Source: Lingula anatina (lineage: Eukaryota; Animalia; Brachiopoda). From it: a stretch of DNA of 64,000 bases. This document shows, piece by piece, positions 39,628-52,606 of this stretch. The translations under genes were made by a program, and so were the position numbers. The notes beneath the pieces are model-generated. The model did no database searches and had not been told where the DNA came from. It saw only the letters and a program-made list of their open reading frames with translations. The DNA lies in contig CM120641.1 of NCBI GenBank assembly GCA_051362555.1, forward strand, positions 9,796,001 to 9,860,000. Direction: 5' to 3'. Numbering within the stretch: the stretch's first letter is position 1; each line of letters begins with the position of its first letter.

Positions 39628-40688
39628 CGTTTGGCACTTTCTCAGCTGTATTGCGCTCAATTTATTCCCTTCCTTTCAATTGTTTCGATCGCCGGTCCTG
39701 TTAACGCCAACTTTTTACAGCTATCGATAGTTAAATTACACTTAAAACAAGGAATAGTTGAAGTGTTCCTCCACCCCCAACTGGTGGTCCCAATGCATAT
39801 GGATCTGTAGCTTTAAGTAGATCCGGGTTCTTGCCATCTGGTACCAAACAGTGCTTGCCCCATATGATGGATCAAATTACACTGCTTTGTTTTTGAAAGT
39901 TGGGTCATGACAAGTAAGCAACAAATGCGCTAGATAAGAAATAAAAAATAAACAAACACACATATTTGTATTATTTGCACTAAGCACATGTATTTGACTC
40001 GGTGAATGAAGCAGATTAAAGAAACACAATTAAGTGTCAGTAGTAGTAGTAGTAGTAAAAGAAAAAGACTGAAATTTGTCTTTAGTCTTTAGGGGGCGGG
40101 GGGGAGGGGGTCAGGACACTCTAAATCTGCCACTGAGGCCTCTATATGTTTATAATTAATAGTAAGATAAAAACAATTTAAAGGTTTAATTATTTAATGA
40201 TTGTACGTATAAAAAAGGAGATTACAGCAATATCTGAAATTAAAAGAAGAAATTAAATACGACCGTGGCTTTAAAAACGTAAAAAGGAAGTTTGGTCATT
40301 TATTAATAATGTCGATCAATATCTGAAAAAAATCTTCTTGAAGATATTATCAATCTGACTTTGTGTTAAGCAGTCAAATGTCAAAAATGTGTGGAATGAA
40401 AGCGCTGTGCATCTGATCAGCAAAATAATCTTGAAAACATGTACATTGGATGATTGATTGATTTTTTACTTTTGTTTCTTGCCTTTTTTTCAGATTCTAG
40501 TTTCAATTTCTAGTTTAATGTTATAAAAAAGAGAAACAATTCATCTGACACTGCCTTTTCTTTAGCACGAAAAATGAAGTGCGTATATGTTATTTCCCCA
40601 GCAATCATTATGTTATGGACTGGGTCGGATAAAAAGGATCGCTCTTCACACTATTAGTGACTAAATCGAACCATAGAAGTAGAACTAT

Positions 40689-40755
40689 GACGTGATCCTG
40701 GCGACCGGAAGCACATGCATTTGTTTACATCGTCAAAACGAGGCCAGCGCGGGAA
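40689..40755 (+). promoter_or_regulatory. POLE2 proximal promoter motifs (ETS and E2F-like)
   Basis: ACCGGAAG at ~40704 and GCGCGGGAA at 40747-40755, immediately before the ATG. E2F control is expected for a replicative polymerase subunit. Confidence 0.45.
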
Positions 40756-40763
40756 GTTGCAAC

Positions 40764-43700
40764 ATGGCTGCTAAACTGAAGTCACAGATTTCTTCCGCGT
40801 TCAAGATGCATGGCTTGACGTTAAGAAGGTTTGCAGTTTTCACTTGTAGCATCAATTACATCGATTTTGTTTAGATGTTTATAATTTCTGAGTGCTATTG
40901 AGACATACATGTACACGTACACGTACTGGATGTTTACAGCAAGTTAGACTGAATTCTTAGATGAAATATGGAGATTGAAGGACGATTTACATCGGATCCC
41001 CCCCCCCTCTCGTTGTCAATATTTTTCTTCTTAAACTGTAATAATTATCTGTTGTCAACAACATTTTGTTTTCAGCGATGCTACAAAATATCTGATAGAA
41101 GTACTGACACCAATCAGTGAAGCAGAAAGGGAAAATGGACTAGACAAAATTTTAGAAATTTTGCAGAAGCAGCTGTGTAAGTGAAAATAGAAATTTAAGT
41201 AATATGTTGAACAATTGAAAACTCTTCAAACTGCTGGTTTAGTGAAATGAAGTGATCTCTTTATGTCTCCACATGGAAACTCCCCTGCTTTGTTGCTTGG
41301 CTCCCCTCAGCAAAATTATGATGTTACTGTTATCAGAGCCCTCCAGCATTGCTAATTACCCTTGAGAAAACCCCTAATCATAGTGACACATTGTAAGGTG
41401 CAGTATTTTAAGTAAGGAAAATTAATGCTTACTCCAGAAATTGGCAAGAACAAACAGAGAAAAAAGTCTTGATGAAATTTCCATTCATAATTAAATTCAG
41501 TTGATTAAAACAACACCTCTGAATAAAAAGTTTCCATGCCTTTGTTCAGAAAAGATTTTGTAAATGAAATATAAATATTAAGAGTCTACACACCATGGTG
41601 ATTTCAGTGAGTTCCACAATGGTAAGCCGTGATGTTTGTGAGGCTGCTGTACAGGAATGTAACCAAGAACAGGAGGAGGATAGGTAGGACAGTGAAATTT
41701 AAAAATAAATGCAGAGACCTATAAAAACTAATTGAAAGCATATGGTTTATTGGTTTATACTACCATTTCCACAGTGACGACAATATTAAATGTATACATT
41801 GAATTCAGTCAAAATATATTTTGAAAACTATTTTTAGTCGTTGATAAAAAAAAATTTTATGACATTTTATGATAACATATATCATTTGTGCCAATAATAT
41901 TGAAAGTATATAATTAGTGAATAATTTTGTTTCAGTGACAGGGTGTTTACTGTTATAGATGCTTTCTCAGTGCCTCAGTACTCATACAGCTATGAGAGGA
42001 AAAAGTTTCTGTTGTAAGTGTTTTCATGAAATTTCATTTCCAATATGTTACAGATATGATGTAATCCAAGTCATTCCATCTTTATGTGGAGTGCTAAAAA
42101 TTACAATTAGATTATTGACATGTTTTAGATCCAGTAACATTCAATCAATTTTAAATTTGTGTTTTTGAATAATAATGAAAAACTTGGTAAAATCTATCTC
42201 AGAAACTGTTCATATTATTTCCAGAAACTCCAACCTAGGCCTGCCACCCCCGTGTCTTCACAGTGATGCTGAAGCCAAGTGCAGTCTGTACAGGGACAGG
42301 TATACCCTTCTTCATCAGAGAACATCCAGACATGATCTCTTTACTCCACCAGCACTGGGCGCACAACAAGAACAGCACTCCAAGAAGTTCAAGGTAATGT
42401 TTTCAGTTGTAGGCAGCATGTTTTACTGCATTTGAAAAATGTAAAGAAATTTCGACCTAGAGATGTGAAGCTCAGTTTTTTAGATTTGTTAGTGCGCTTG
42501 AGAGAAATAAAATTGGGAGGAAACAGCCTCAGTAGATGACAGGAGGTTCTGTCCTTATTACTTTCATGAAAATTTGCAGTAAATAATATGAACTTCTAGA
42601 TGTTTGAGTTTAATGTGACAAAATGATCTGAACAGAGTTTTACGATTTTTTCATTATAGCTAAGACCGGTTGAGTTCTTGTTGGGGAGTACTGCCAAGTT
42701 AGGGGATATTATTGTGCTAGGAATGCTCACTCAGCTGAAAGAGGTAATTAGTTAATAGACGAACATTTGACTATGGAAGGACTTGACCAGTGAATTTAAA
42801 TGTATATTTTAATAATATTATCTCTATTTGTAAATTTATGTTTGAATTATGTTACATTGAATATAACATATATATATATATATAAAATAATATATGTTGT
42901 GTTAAAAATATAATTTTCAATTATATATTTTTTAAAATGTACCAAAAGCAAGTAGTTGTAGCATGAAATATTGTCATTTATTTATGTGTTGATTTGTTTA
43001 TTATAGGGAAAGTGGTTCTTAGAAGACACAACAGGGGCTGTACAGCTTGATTTGACAAAAGCCATATCCTTTAATTATGATAACTATCATTCAAACTCAA
43101 ACTTAATTTTACAGAATGTATTAACCTTCGCTCTAAACTGCAGACATTTATAGCAATGGTCATAATAGCAATGGTCTTGAAATTAATGATTTTAAAGAAG
43201 TGCCATTGTTATTACTTTAACTTCTGAGAACAACTTTCATACTGGTCTATTCACAGAGAACTGCTTTGTATTAGCAGAGGGCTGGTACGATGACAGTATA
43301 TTTCATGTTAATGCATTTGGTTTTCCACCACCAGAACCATCTAAAACTACAAGGTAAGGGCATGAATGCCTGTGTTTGAAAATTTACCCTGTTCATTTAT
43401 ATGATTTGTTGTGTGTTAGATATTTTATTGTATTGGTAACCAGGGATTAAAATGTAATGTGAAGTAATTTGCTTATAGCTTAACACCAAAAAAGGAAAAG
43501 AAAATTGGAAAAAGAGAGAGAGATAAGAAAATAATATGATGACATTTGATTATTTTCTTTTCATTTATGGTAGACAGTGCCATTTTAGTTAAATGGAGCT
43601 ATCAGTCTTTCTTTCAATTATTTCAGAGCATATTTTGGTAACATAAATTTCTTTGGTGGTTCTTCTGCCACAAGCGTAAAGATGTCCCCCAAACTGCAGC

Positions 43701-46670
43701 AGATAGAGCAGGAAAACCAGGATGCCATGTTTGTAATAGTGTCAGATGTGTGGCTGGACAGTGTAAAGGTACTGTGATGGTTTCTTTTTTTTATAAATTG
43801 CAAAATGTCTGCTAAATCTGATCTGTCAGGCTTAGGGTGAGACAAGGAAATTCTGATTCCACTATTGTACATGGCTGATCAAATTTTAGTGACAAAATTC
43901 TGCAATTTTAAATTTTTAATTTTAATCAAGATTAAAAATACCCTTTAAATTGTGGGAGTAAAAAATGATAGTAACATTTATCCCCTGTATTTGATGTGTC
44001 AAATACGAAAATAAGCTCTGCAAAGCTGCCTTTCTCTGAAACAATATATAACATCAAGTACAATAAAAAAACGCCAAAAATGACAGGAGAAATATTTCCG
44101 GTCAGTGTATTATTTCTTCATGGATCAGTTCAATTTTATTTTCGATCATAATGTAATGAAAACATTTTCTTTCCTTTCCTTCTCAGGTGCTGGAAAGGTT
44201 GAGGCTTATGTTTGTTGGATATGCAGAGATGCCTCCAACTTGTTTTATATTTTGTGGCAATTTTACATCAACCACAGGAACTAAAAATATAAAAACATTA
44301 CAAGGTTAGTTGTAAGAATGGCATTTGTACTGGCTTATGGTTTAATTTTCAGTTAAACCACAGGCAGGAATAGATAATAGGGAGATAAGAGAGTAAAAAT
44401 GTCCATTTACATGTATCATCTGCAATTACCTAATAACTGGAGCATTTATTTTGAAGGCAATTTGTATGAGCGGTTTTTGAAAAATACTGCTCAATAACAT
44501 AATTCCTGAAGAAGGAATAGCATATTACATTAATTCAAAAAAAAAAAAAAAAAAAAAAGGACGTGATTTATTTTGATGTTTGAAAATTTACCCTGTTAAT
44601 TTCAGATGATTTATTGTATTTAGGATATTTTATTGTATTGGTAACCATGTACAATGTACTGTGATATAGCAAGACCTCTATAATATGTTTGTTTAAATTA
44701 TTGCATTACTACAGCATGTAAAAATCTTGAATGTAACTGAATTTCAAATACTTTACTTGGATTGCTTTGTGTTTCAGAATCATTTAGGTCTTTAGCAGAC
44801 ATACTAAAAGAATTCCCGTCCCTGGTAGAAAACTCAAGGTTTTTGCTTGTCCCAGGACCTCAGGATCCAGGCCCAGCCAATATATTACCTAGGTAGAGCT
44901 TCCTATATCATTTTGATATAAATATATATCATATCTTGGGTCAGCATACATATTGAATTCAGCTGGAGTGGGAGAGTATATTTGCCTAAAGCAGAATTCA
45001 CTAACTTTTAAGGAAGGCCATCACAGAATGCAATTTTTAACTTATAAATGACTAAAGTGATATTAATAAATATTAAACATATGTAATGTGTTACAGTAGT
45101 AGTCTGTTTCAATCTTTTTTTAATTCTAGCACCCTTTTAATGGATGTATTGGACCATCTAGCTCCATTATGGGTAGGGTGCACATACAGTACATACATGC
45201 AATTTTGAACAATTTATATTTCTAGGCCTGCTTTGCCAAATGTTGTGACAGAGGAGTTTAGACGGAGAGTTCCGTCTGCCATTTTTGCCAGTAACCCCTG
45301 CAGGCTACAGTACTGTACACAGGAGATAGTGGTCTTTAGGGAAGACGTTGTGACCAAGATGTGCAGAAATTGTGTCAAATTTCCAGCCGATGGTGACATT
45401 CCTACACATGTAAGTATCATCAAAGGGCTCTTTTACTCTGCATGAATTCAGATGTTGTGGATTCAGTTCAGCTGTAGCTTTGGCAAAACATCAACTGGCA
45501 TAGTATGAAGTTTAACTACTTTGTAAGTCATGCTTATTTTTTCAAACAATTATGTGTTCTTTAAAGATGCAAGTGGTATAGTTTATTAAACCTGAGACCA
45601 GCTATCAAAAGGTTTGTTATACTAGAATATAATTATCATGTTTAAAATATTGTTGAACCATTGTTTTTTTTTCACTGAAGTAACATACTCTGACATCAGC
45701 TATGACTATAATGTTTTATATCATTTTTTCAATAGTTTGCAAAAACCATAATATCCCAGGGTCATCTGTGTCCATTACCCCTCCATGTGTGTCCAGTCTA
45801 CTGGTCATATGACAGTGCCCTGAGGGTGTACCCCCTGCCCGATGTGGTCATCACAGCTGACAAATATGACCCTTTCATGGTCAGTCAAGTGGACTGTACA
45901 GTGATTAACCCAGTGAGTTAATGATTTCATTTATTTAATTACCAATTTTGGTACAAATAGTTTTAAAAATGGTTTTGGCATAAAAGTGTGATATATGTAT
46001 AAAGATATTAATAATAAAAATATTTTAAATAATAGTAATTATATTGATAATAATAAATAGTGATGTTACATGTAAGTTGGTTATAGTGGCTGTGTAGTTA
46101 CTGATTTACTGCAGAATATTGCTCTCATTATGTGGTATAGAAGATTATTAAGCCAGATGTAGTAATATTTTAGTAAAGAAGGTAGATCCTTGCATGGTTA
46201 ACAAAATAGATATTATGGTCAGTTTAGAAATTTAAGATTGACAATATTTCTAAGGGATTAAACTCATCTGTAATATAAGGACATGCTGTTTAGATTATTT
46301 GCAACCTTTGTCAAGGAATGAAAGTCATTTTGCTATGATGGATATGAATATTTCTTCGGCATTGTGAAATTTTGATACTATGCCTTGATTTATAGTTATA
46401 ATTGAATAACATAGTTTGAGAAGAATAAAAAAATCTGCCATAATAATGCAACACTTCCGCACTTGTAAGTTGTTTATGAATAATTCACTTCAATTTTATA
46501 TGGAATTGAAAGCACCAGCATAAAATAAAATGAAGTAGATGAACTTTAAAATGTTAACATGCATTAAACAGAACTACATATAATCTTGTAAACAGGCAAC
46601 ATACATAAAAAAAAATGGTTTAGATAACTAGGGAAATTGATTGCATTAATTTTTGCAGATATTGTAGAGA

Positions 46671-46714
<44 letters not shown>

Positions 46715-49700
46715 CCTTATTTAAAATCCATGTTGACAAAATAATACTAGGATAGTAAGGTCCATGTGTTTTGCTGCAGATACAAAATGGGTGAAGCATA
46801 GATTGACACTCTTTTGTTTCTCCCAAGTTATGTATGGTGTCTAGACTCCTTTATAAAAAAGAAATCCTGTAAGGTAGTTTCTGGTAAGATGGAATATATG
46901 GTCACTGAGGCTCACCTCATTTTATTGTATAAAATACCTTGAAGAGCACTGTTAAACAAAAAGGGAGGAGTTGGGCTGGATGCAGAAAGCACCTCTGATC
47001 AACCCTCATTGGCTGCAAGGCCAAGAAGAAAAAAAATCCAAAAAAGGTGGGAAAGTGGCTTTTTATATATATATACTAAGGTGATAGAGACTTTGCTAGG
47101 GGTTTCACTTGGTAGTGATATTTCATTGACAACAGAAGCGCCTTGCCTTTGTGATAGTTGAAGTTCTACAAAGGTGTCTTGCCTTTGTGAAAATCAACCT
47201 TTTTGGCATATGCAATAGTTAGACCTGTCAAGACCTGTCACTAGTATCTTTCTCATGATCTGAATGATTTTGTAATATAGTGTTGCTGACTGGGAAACTG
47301 TAGTGAAGGTTATGAGGACAGTTACCTAAGTGTACTGTAATGACATTTCTGAGAAAGAGAGCTTATGCAAGGAGTCTACAAAGGTCAAACCCTGGTGTTA
47401 ATTATAGTTTTAATCTATAGTAGCATTGGGAATCCTTAATGTTTGTCATTTCTGTTCTTCTGATAACTTGCAGCCAAAAAAATAACAGATTTTTTTGTCC
47501 TTTTTCCTGATTGTCTCCAAACATCAGGATACCTGTAGGTCTTCTTTCTCTGGAACTCTTGAGGCTAAACCTCCATATTTTTACATTTCACGGCGTATTT
47601 GTTTCACAGTATTTATCATGTGCGCAGTGTGGCAAGAATAGAAACTGAGATGTTTTTGTTTTTCCTTCAAAGCTATGTCTGCTAAAATGAGTTGCAAATT
47701 GGTCGGTGCTCAAAGCAAAGAGTAGTATGTTAAAGCTTCATACGTAATTAAGGTATCTGATCACTATCCAGTTGGCATATTAACACACCTGTAGAACATT
47801 GAGGAGTACATGTAAGCACATAATGAAGTTAATTAAGTAGTAAAGACAGACGTGGGTGGTTTCATTTTGTTATGTGCACAAGGAAGCTTTCATGGTGATT
47901 TATTGTCTCCACTACACATTGGTATTCATTACCTTCCATTAGCAATATGAGCCTTAAACAGATTATAATTACACAATAACACTGAACATCTCTTGTCTAG
48001 CTGCATATGTTTTCAGATCATCCTGTTTATAACCACCTCTATGTTTCCATTTACATCTCAGATTTTAAAAGGGGTATTTTTTTCATTTTTAATGAAATTA
48101 TTTCAATAATTAACCGTAGAATGTCGATCATGGGTTATTTTTGGCATAAATGTTTCAGGGATTTGTACTGAAGTCATGCAGGTCTATGGTGCTGCTAGAG
48201 AGCCTTGATCTTCAATCCAAAAGGTTAATGTATGCATATGCACTGATTCCCACATATAGTATAAATAAACATTTATTTGCATGTTGTTGGTAATACTGAA
48301 TGTTATTTATTCCAAATGGTGCAATGAAGGGAATACTTCTAAAAACAGTCATTGGCTGCTATTAGTTATTGATTTTTTATCTTTTATTTGTGGTTCTGTT
48401 AAGGTCTTCTTTGTTTATTGATCATTTCGTAACATCTTGGAAAGGATGTACTCAGGTTTCAGCTGTAAATTGATCTGATTTTCCTTAAGAATATGAATTA
48501 AAATTGATACATGGGCAATGCATGACAAATTAAGAAAATTGTTTAAAACAATATCAATTAACTTTGTCCAAACTAATTACAGATAGTTCAATGATGGGAT
48601 TAATTGTGTGGTACACATGGATTTTGTCCCAACCCATCTTGTCTGCCAGCTCTGCCTCTCCCCTTATACTACAAGGGCCTGTGTCCTCATCTCTTGGAAT
48701 AACGTCACGTATAATCTCAACTTGAACCCCCTAGATTTTGGGCTTTGTGGGTGCATTGGCCTAAGTGATGAAACTGAAAATTCTCTCTTATTCTGAAACT
48801 TTAAAAGCTACAGACCTCTTGTTTGTTACTTTTTGTAGGGCTTGTCAAGTGCATCATTATCGGTGTTTGTATTCATGTTTTCCTTACAGTTTAGGGGTTG
48901 CGCTATTTCAAAAAGTACGACATCAGCATGCTCAAAGGTGAAATAAAATGTTAAATAATTCCAAAACTATCAGAGAAGCACCCATAGTTACTATTCAACG
49001 TGGATAGGAAGTCATATATTGGTAAGTTTACTGTGATCTTGAATTTCACCATGAGCTGTCCTTTGCAAATTTTGTGACTCTTATATCTCCATAACTGGCA
49101 GAGATACACCCATAGTTACTATTGAAGGTGAAAAGCAAATCCTATACTGGCAATCTCACTGTGGCCTTGAATTTCACATTTGATCTTCTTTTTACCATGA
49201 ACTGTATTTTGTAAATTCCCAGCCCTAATATCTCCAAAACTGTCTGGTTTACATCCATATACTACCATTTCACTTAATTTAGGTTAATCTTGCTGGTGGT
49301 ACAACACCTGGTAGCACTGTTGCCGCTCTGATCCTCTAGTTATAGAATAGTCATTGGCATTAGTTATATTTATTACGAGATTTTGTGACAAGAACTATTT
49401 CTTTCAAGGTCTTTGTAGTAAATTGATGATTTCATAAGGATGTATTCAGGTTTCAGCTGTAAATGCATTTGATGATTTCTTTTATAAAAAGATTAAATTT
49501 TGGAGGCAAGTCATGACAGATGGAGAAATAATTCATCACATAACATCCTTTCACTTTATTGAAAACAATGATTTTTGATTGGCATCACTTTATACTCTGG
49601 GGTTACATTTCACACAGGTGTGCATGCACAGACATGCACACAAACATGCGCACACCCACATCCGTGGGTGATAAAATATTAATAAATCTACTAAATCTAT

Positions 49701-49836
49701 TTTCATAGATAGTAGATACAATACATATTTGTACACCGGCACACTGCATCAAGCTGAAATTTATTCATAAATTTTATGATAAAAAAAATTTTTGATCAAA
49801 TGTCTTGTGATCTTCAATATTTCAAAAAAAAAAAAA

Positions 49837-49867
<31 letters not shown>

Positions 49868-51424
49868 AACAGGGTGAATTATGCAATTATTTATCAGTAG
49901 TGGTGGACTTTGGTAATGTGATACAAAAAAGAGACATTTATATGGGGTTATGATTTTAAAATCATTACTTATGTTTTATATTTTCATTTATTATAGGCAT
50001 CATAAAAACAACTGCAAGTGCACTCATATAATAGTAAACTGACTGACCTAGACACCTTGTTTATGTAAGCCACATAAGAAAAATACATTTGTCAGGGCAT
50101 GTTTTGATCACGTTTCTTAAATAACAAAACACTCCTAGGTAAGTCAATACATTTCTCTGCTGTTTTCTCCAGTGCACATTTTACTTGTCAGTGCAAGTAA
50201 AGTGAAAGTCAAAGTCTAATTTATCTTAGCCTTTTCATTCACATTTGATTGGATTTCTGAAGGATAGCCTTCAAGTGGGAACGGATCATCTTTAATCACT
50301 CATTAAATGTGTTTTTTAGACTTAGAGATTATATCTGGTGAGGCACCAAGATATGAGTAATGGGTAGTAATAGTGCCTTTAGTCCAAGATGAATAACTTC
50401 ACACATTTCATTTGAAGGATTTCTTTCAACTAACTGTTATCTAATAGATCCTCTGTCATTTGCTTGAATGCGGAGGTCACTTACACAAATGTCATTTCTC
50501 AGTATGAAGTCACTTTTGTTAAAAGACTTACTTTCATGCTATTGGTTGGCATTATTCCCTCTTTAATGTTGTGGGAATAGACACTGTTTTTGTATATACT
50601 TTTAGCTTTCAAAGTGAGTCATGCTGATGTGATAATTCATTATGAAACAGTTTTCAAAGCCTTGACCTCTAAATTAAGTATTCAGCATGAGGGTGAAGGC
50701 CAACATTACCTTTCGTAAATCACCCTGTTTTCTCACATAACTTCTTTATAAGCTGTTAGTCCCATAAATTGATCAGTGTCAGTGAGAGTGTAGGTAATAA
50801 TAAGGACATACTGTGTGTGCACAGAGGGAAAAATACAGACTGTAAATATTTGGTCTAAGTGAAGATACTTACAAATGACCCATGTATGGAATTTTAAGGC
50901 AGGTCTATGAAAGAAGTTTTATATGACAGTTTTAATCCAGTGATAATTTGTGAAGGAGAAATGATTTTGACAGGGACTTCTGGTGAACATGTTGGACTCT
51001 CTTCTCAAACTTCGAATCTGTATGGCAGATTTCCAGTGGTCCAGCCAATTGGATGTCTAGTGTGTAGTTGCAATATTTCTAATAGAATCAAGGTTTTCTA
51101 TGCAGTAGACTGTGCATGTGCAAAATATAGAAATATCAAGCCAGAAGACAGTCTTCTCTATCAGTTGCTCACTGCATCTCCTACAAAAGGTGAACTGAAA
51201 GTGGACAGCTCTTTGAAAGGAGGGTCCCAGGGGAAAGCTGATCTTCAAAGCCTCTAAGATTCTCCAGCCAGCAGTTCAACTAAATTGCTTCGTTGCCAAA
51301 AAGTGGTATTTTTTTAACTTACCAGGTAAAGCATTCGCTTGTGATGCAAATTGTGTAACAGTTTGGAGGCTGTTGTTAAATACCACCATTGTAGCAGCCA
51401 TCTCATTATATATATATATATATA

Positions 51425-51465
<41 letters not shown>

Positions 51466-52606
51466 TGTGCCACTTTTTAAAAATGTATTTTTATTATTAG
51501 TCAACATAGGGTGGATTGTGTAACTTATTTACTTATATATGTTTACACCATGCTGAATTGCCAAAGGTAAAGTAAGGTTACATAAACAAGTACGAAAGTT
51601 GTTTTTCCTTATAGATCAAGTCACAAGATAATAACACGTATAAGCCTTTAGTTTAGTATTCTTGAACCCAACAGCAAGTCTTTGCAGGCCACCATCTAGG
51701 CTGCTTCTGTAGTATAATTATAACAGTACATGTCATTGGTTACAATATTGATGTTATCAGTTAATTGACTGGTGAAGTGAACTAATCTGGGTCTATATCA
51801 AAGAAATAAAACTGATCGGAACTGACTGAAGACTAAAACTTGTGAAAGCTTGCTGGGAGAGCTTCCAGCTATTACCCCTAGCCTTGATCACTCTGATGTA
51901 TGATGTTAATGATGTCTTTGTGGTTTTTTTTAATTTGGTTTGCATTCATGGTGCTAGTTAATGATGTTTATCATGACTATTATTTGAGGGTATATTCTTG
52001 CCTCCTTTGACAGACTTAAAAGAGAGCTAGCTGTATTCCCTTTCAGTATCTAGTTCTGTTTATCAAAATTTCTGCTTGTTTTTGAAGTATAAAACAATTT
52101 ATTTTGGACACAACCAAGTGCTTGCATGAGTTATCAAATTGTTCATCTTGACCTAGTTTTCTAGGTCTTTGAAGTTATTTTTATAAAAAAAAAAATGCCA
52201 ATAACTTGGAAAGTAGTTGACTTACAGATTTCATATACTTAATCATTGTGAAATGCAAAATTGAAAAAAAAAAGTATGGGAAACAGTTGACCTAGGAATT
52301 TCATATACCCAATTATAGTGACATGCAGATTTGCAAAGAAAAAAAGTATGTTAAAATGTGTATGTGAACCTTGTCTCAACTTGGTTTTTTATTTTTCTCT
52401 CAGGAGTGAGCTTTTAGTTTTTCAACAGTGATATAAGAATAATATATACGTATAATTTCCACCTTTTTTTCTAAAGACATAAAGTATTTCTATTCTTAAA
52501 TGCATGGTTTCTTTTTCAGGGTTCCTTTCCCCGAAGTGACTTCAGCTTCAAAGTCTACTTCCCAGCTTCAAGACAAGTGGAAGAGAGTAGGATAGATATA
52601 GACTAA
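40764..52606 (+). CDS. POLE2: DNA polymerase epsilon subunit 2 (B subunit, DPB2)
   Basis: 14 exons: 40764-40828, 41076-41176, 41608-41683, 41936-42013, 42225-42393, 42660-42743, 43007-43063, 43232-43353, 43627-43768, 44187-44303, 44778-44892, 45226-45409, 45736-45912, 52520-52606. Motifs [82 protein letters not shown]. Confidence 0.96.
43064..43231 (+). other. U12-type (minor spliceosome) AT-AC intron in POLE2
   Basis: 5' site ATATCCTTT; branch-like TACTTTAAC at 43213-43221; 3' end AC at 43230-43231. Removal restores DLTKA|[17 protein letters not shown] in frame. Confidence 0.92.
46672..46712. repeat. (GT)n microsatellite
   Basis: Read directly. Confidence 0.95.
48608..49341. mobile_element. 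Diverged, internally deleted second copy of the HINE-like element in the POLE2 last intron
   Basis: GGTACACATG...ACTACAAG(A/G)GCCTGTG...CATCTCTTGGA...GGGCTTTGT.GGTGCA matches 7331-7510. CATAGTTACTATT units at ~48984 and ~49111. The end CTGGTGGTACAA...CTCTGATCCTC matches 8703-8747. Confidence 0.75.
51408..51460. repeat. (TA)n(CA)n microsatellite
   Basis: Read directly. Confidence 0.95.

Noticed and set aside
47524-47650. Minus-strand exon-like segment ending in a U12-like donor GTATCCTG inside the POLE2 long intron
   Set aside because: All three frames contain stops, and the donor deviates from GTATCCTT.
50907-51257. 116-aa ORF in the POLE2 last intron
   Set aside because: No recognisable domain or supporting splice structure.
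52390-52412. Polypyrimidine-CAG|GA|GTGAG, a possible 2-nt microexon before the last POLE2 exon
   Set aside because: It would frameshift the conserved C-terminus and cannot be supported without reads.
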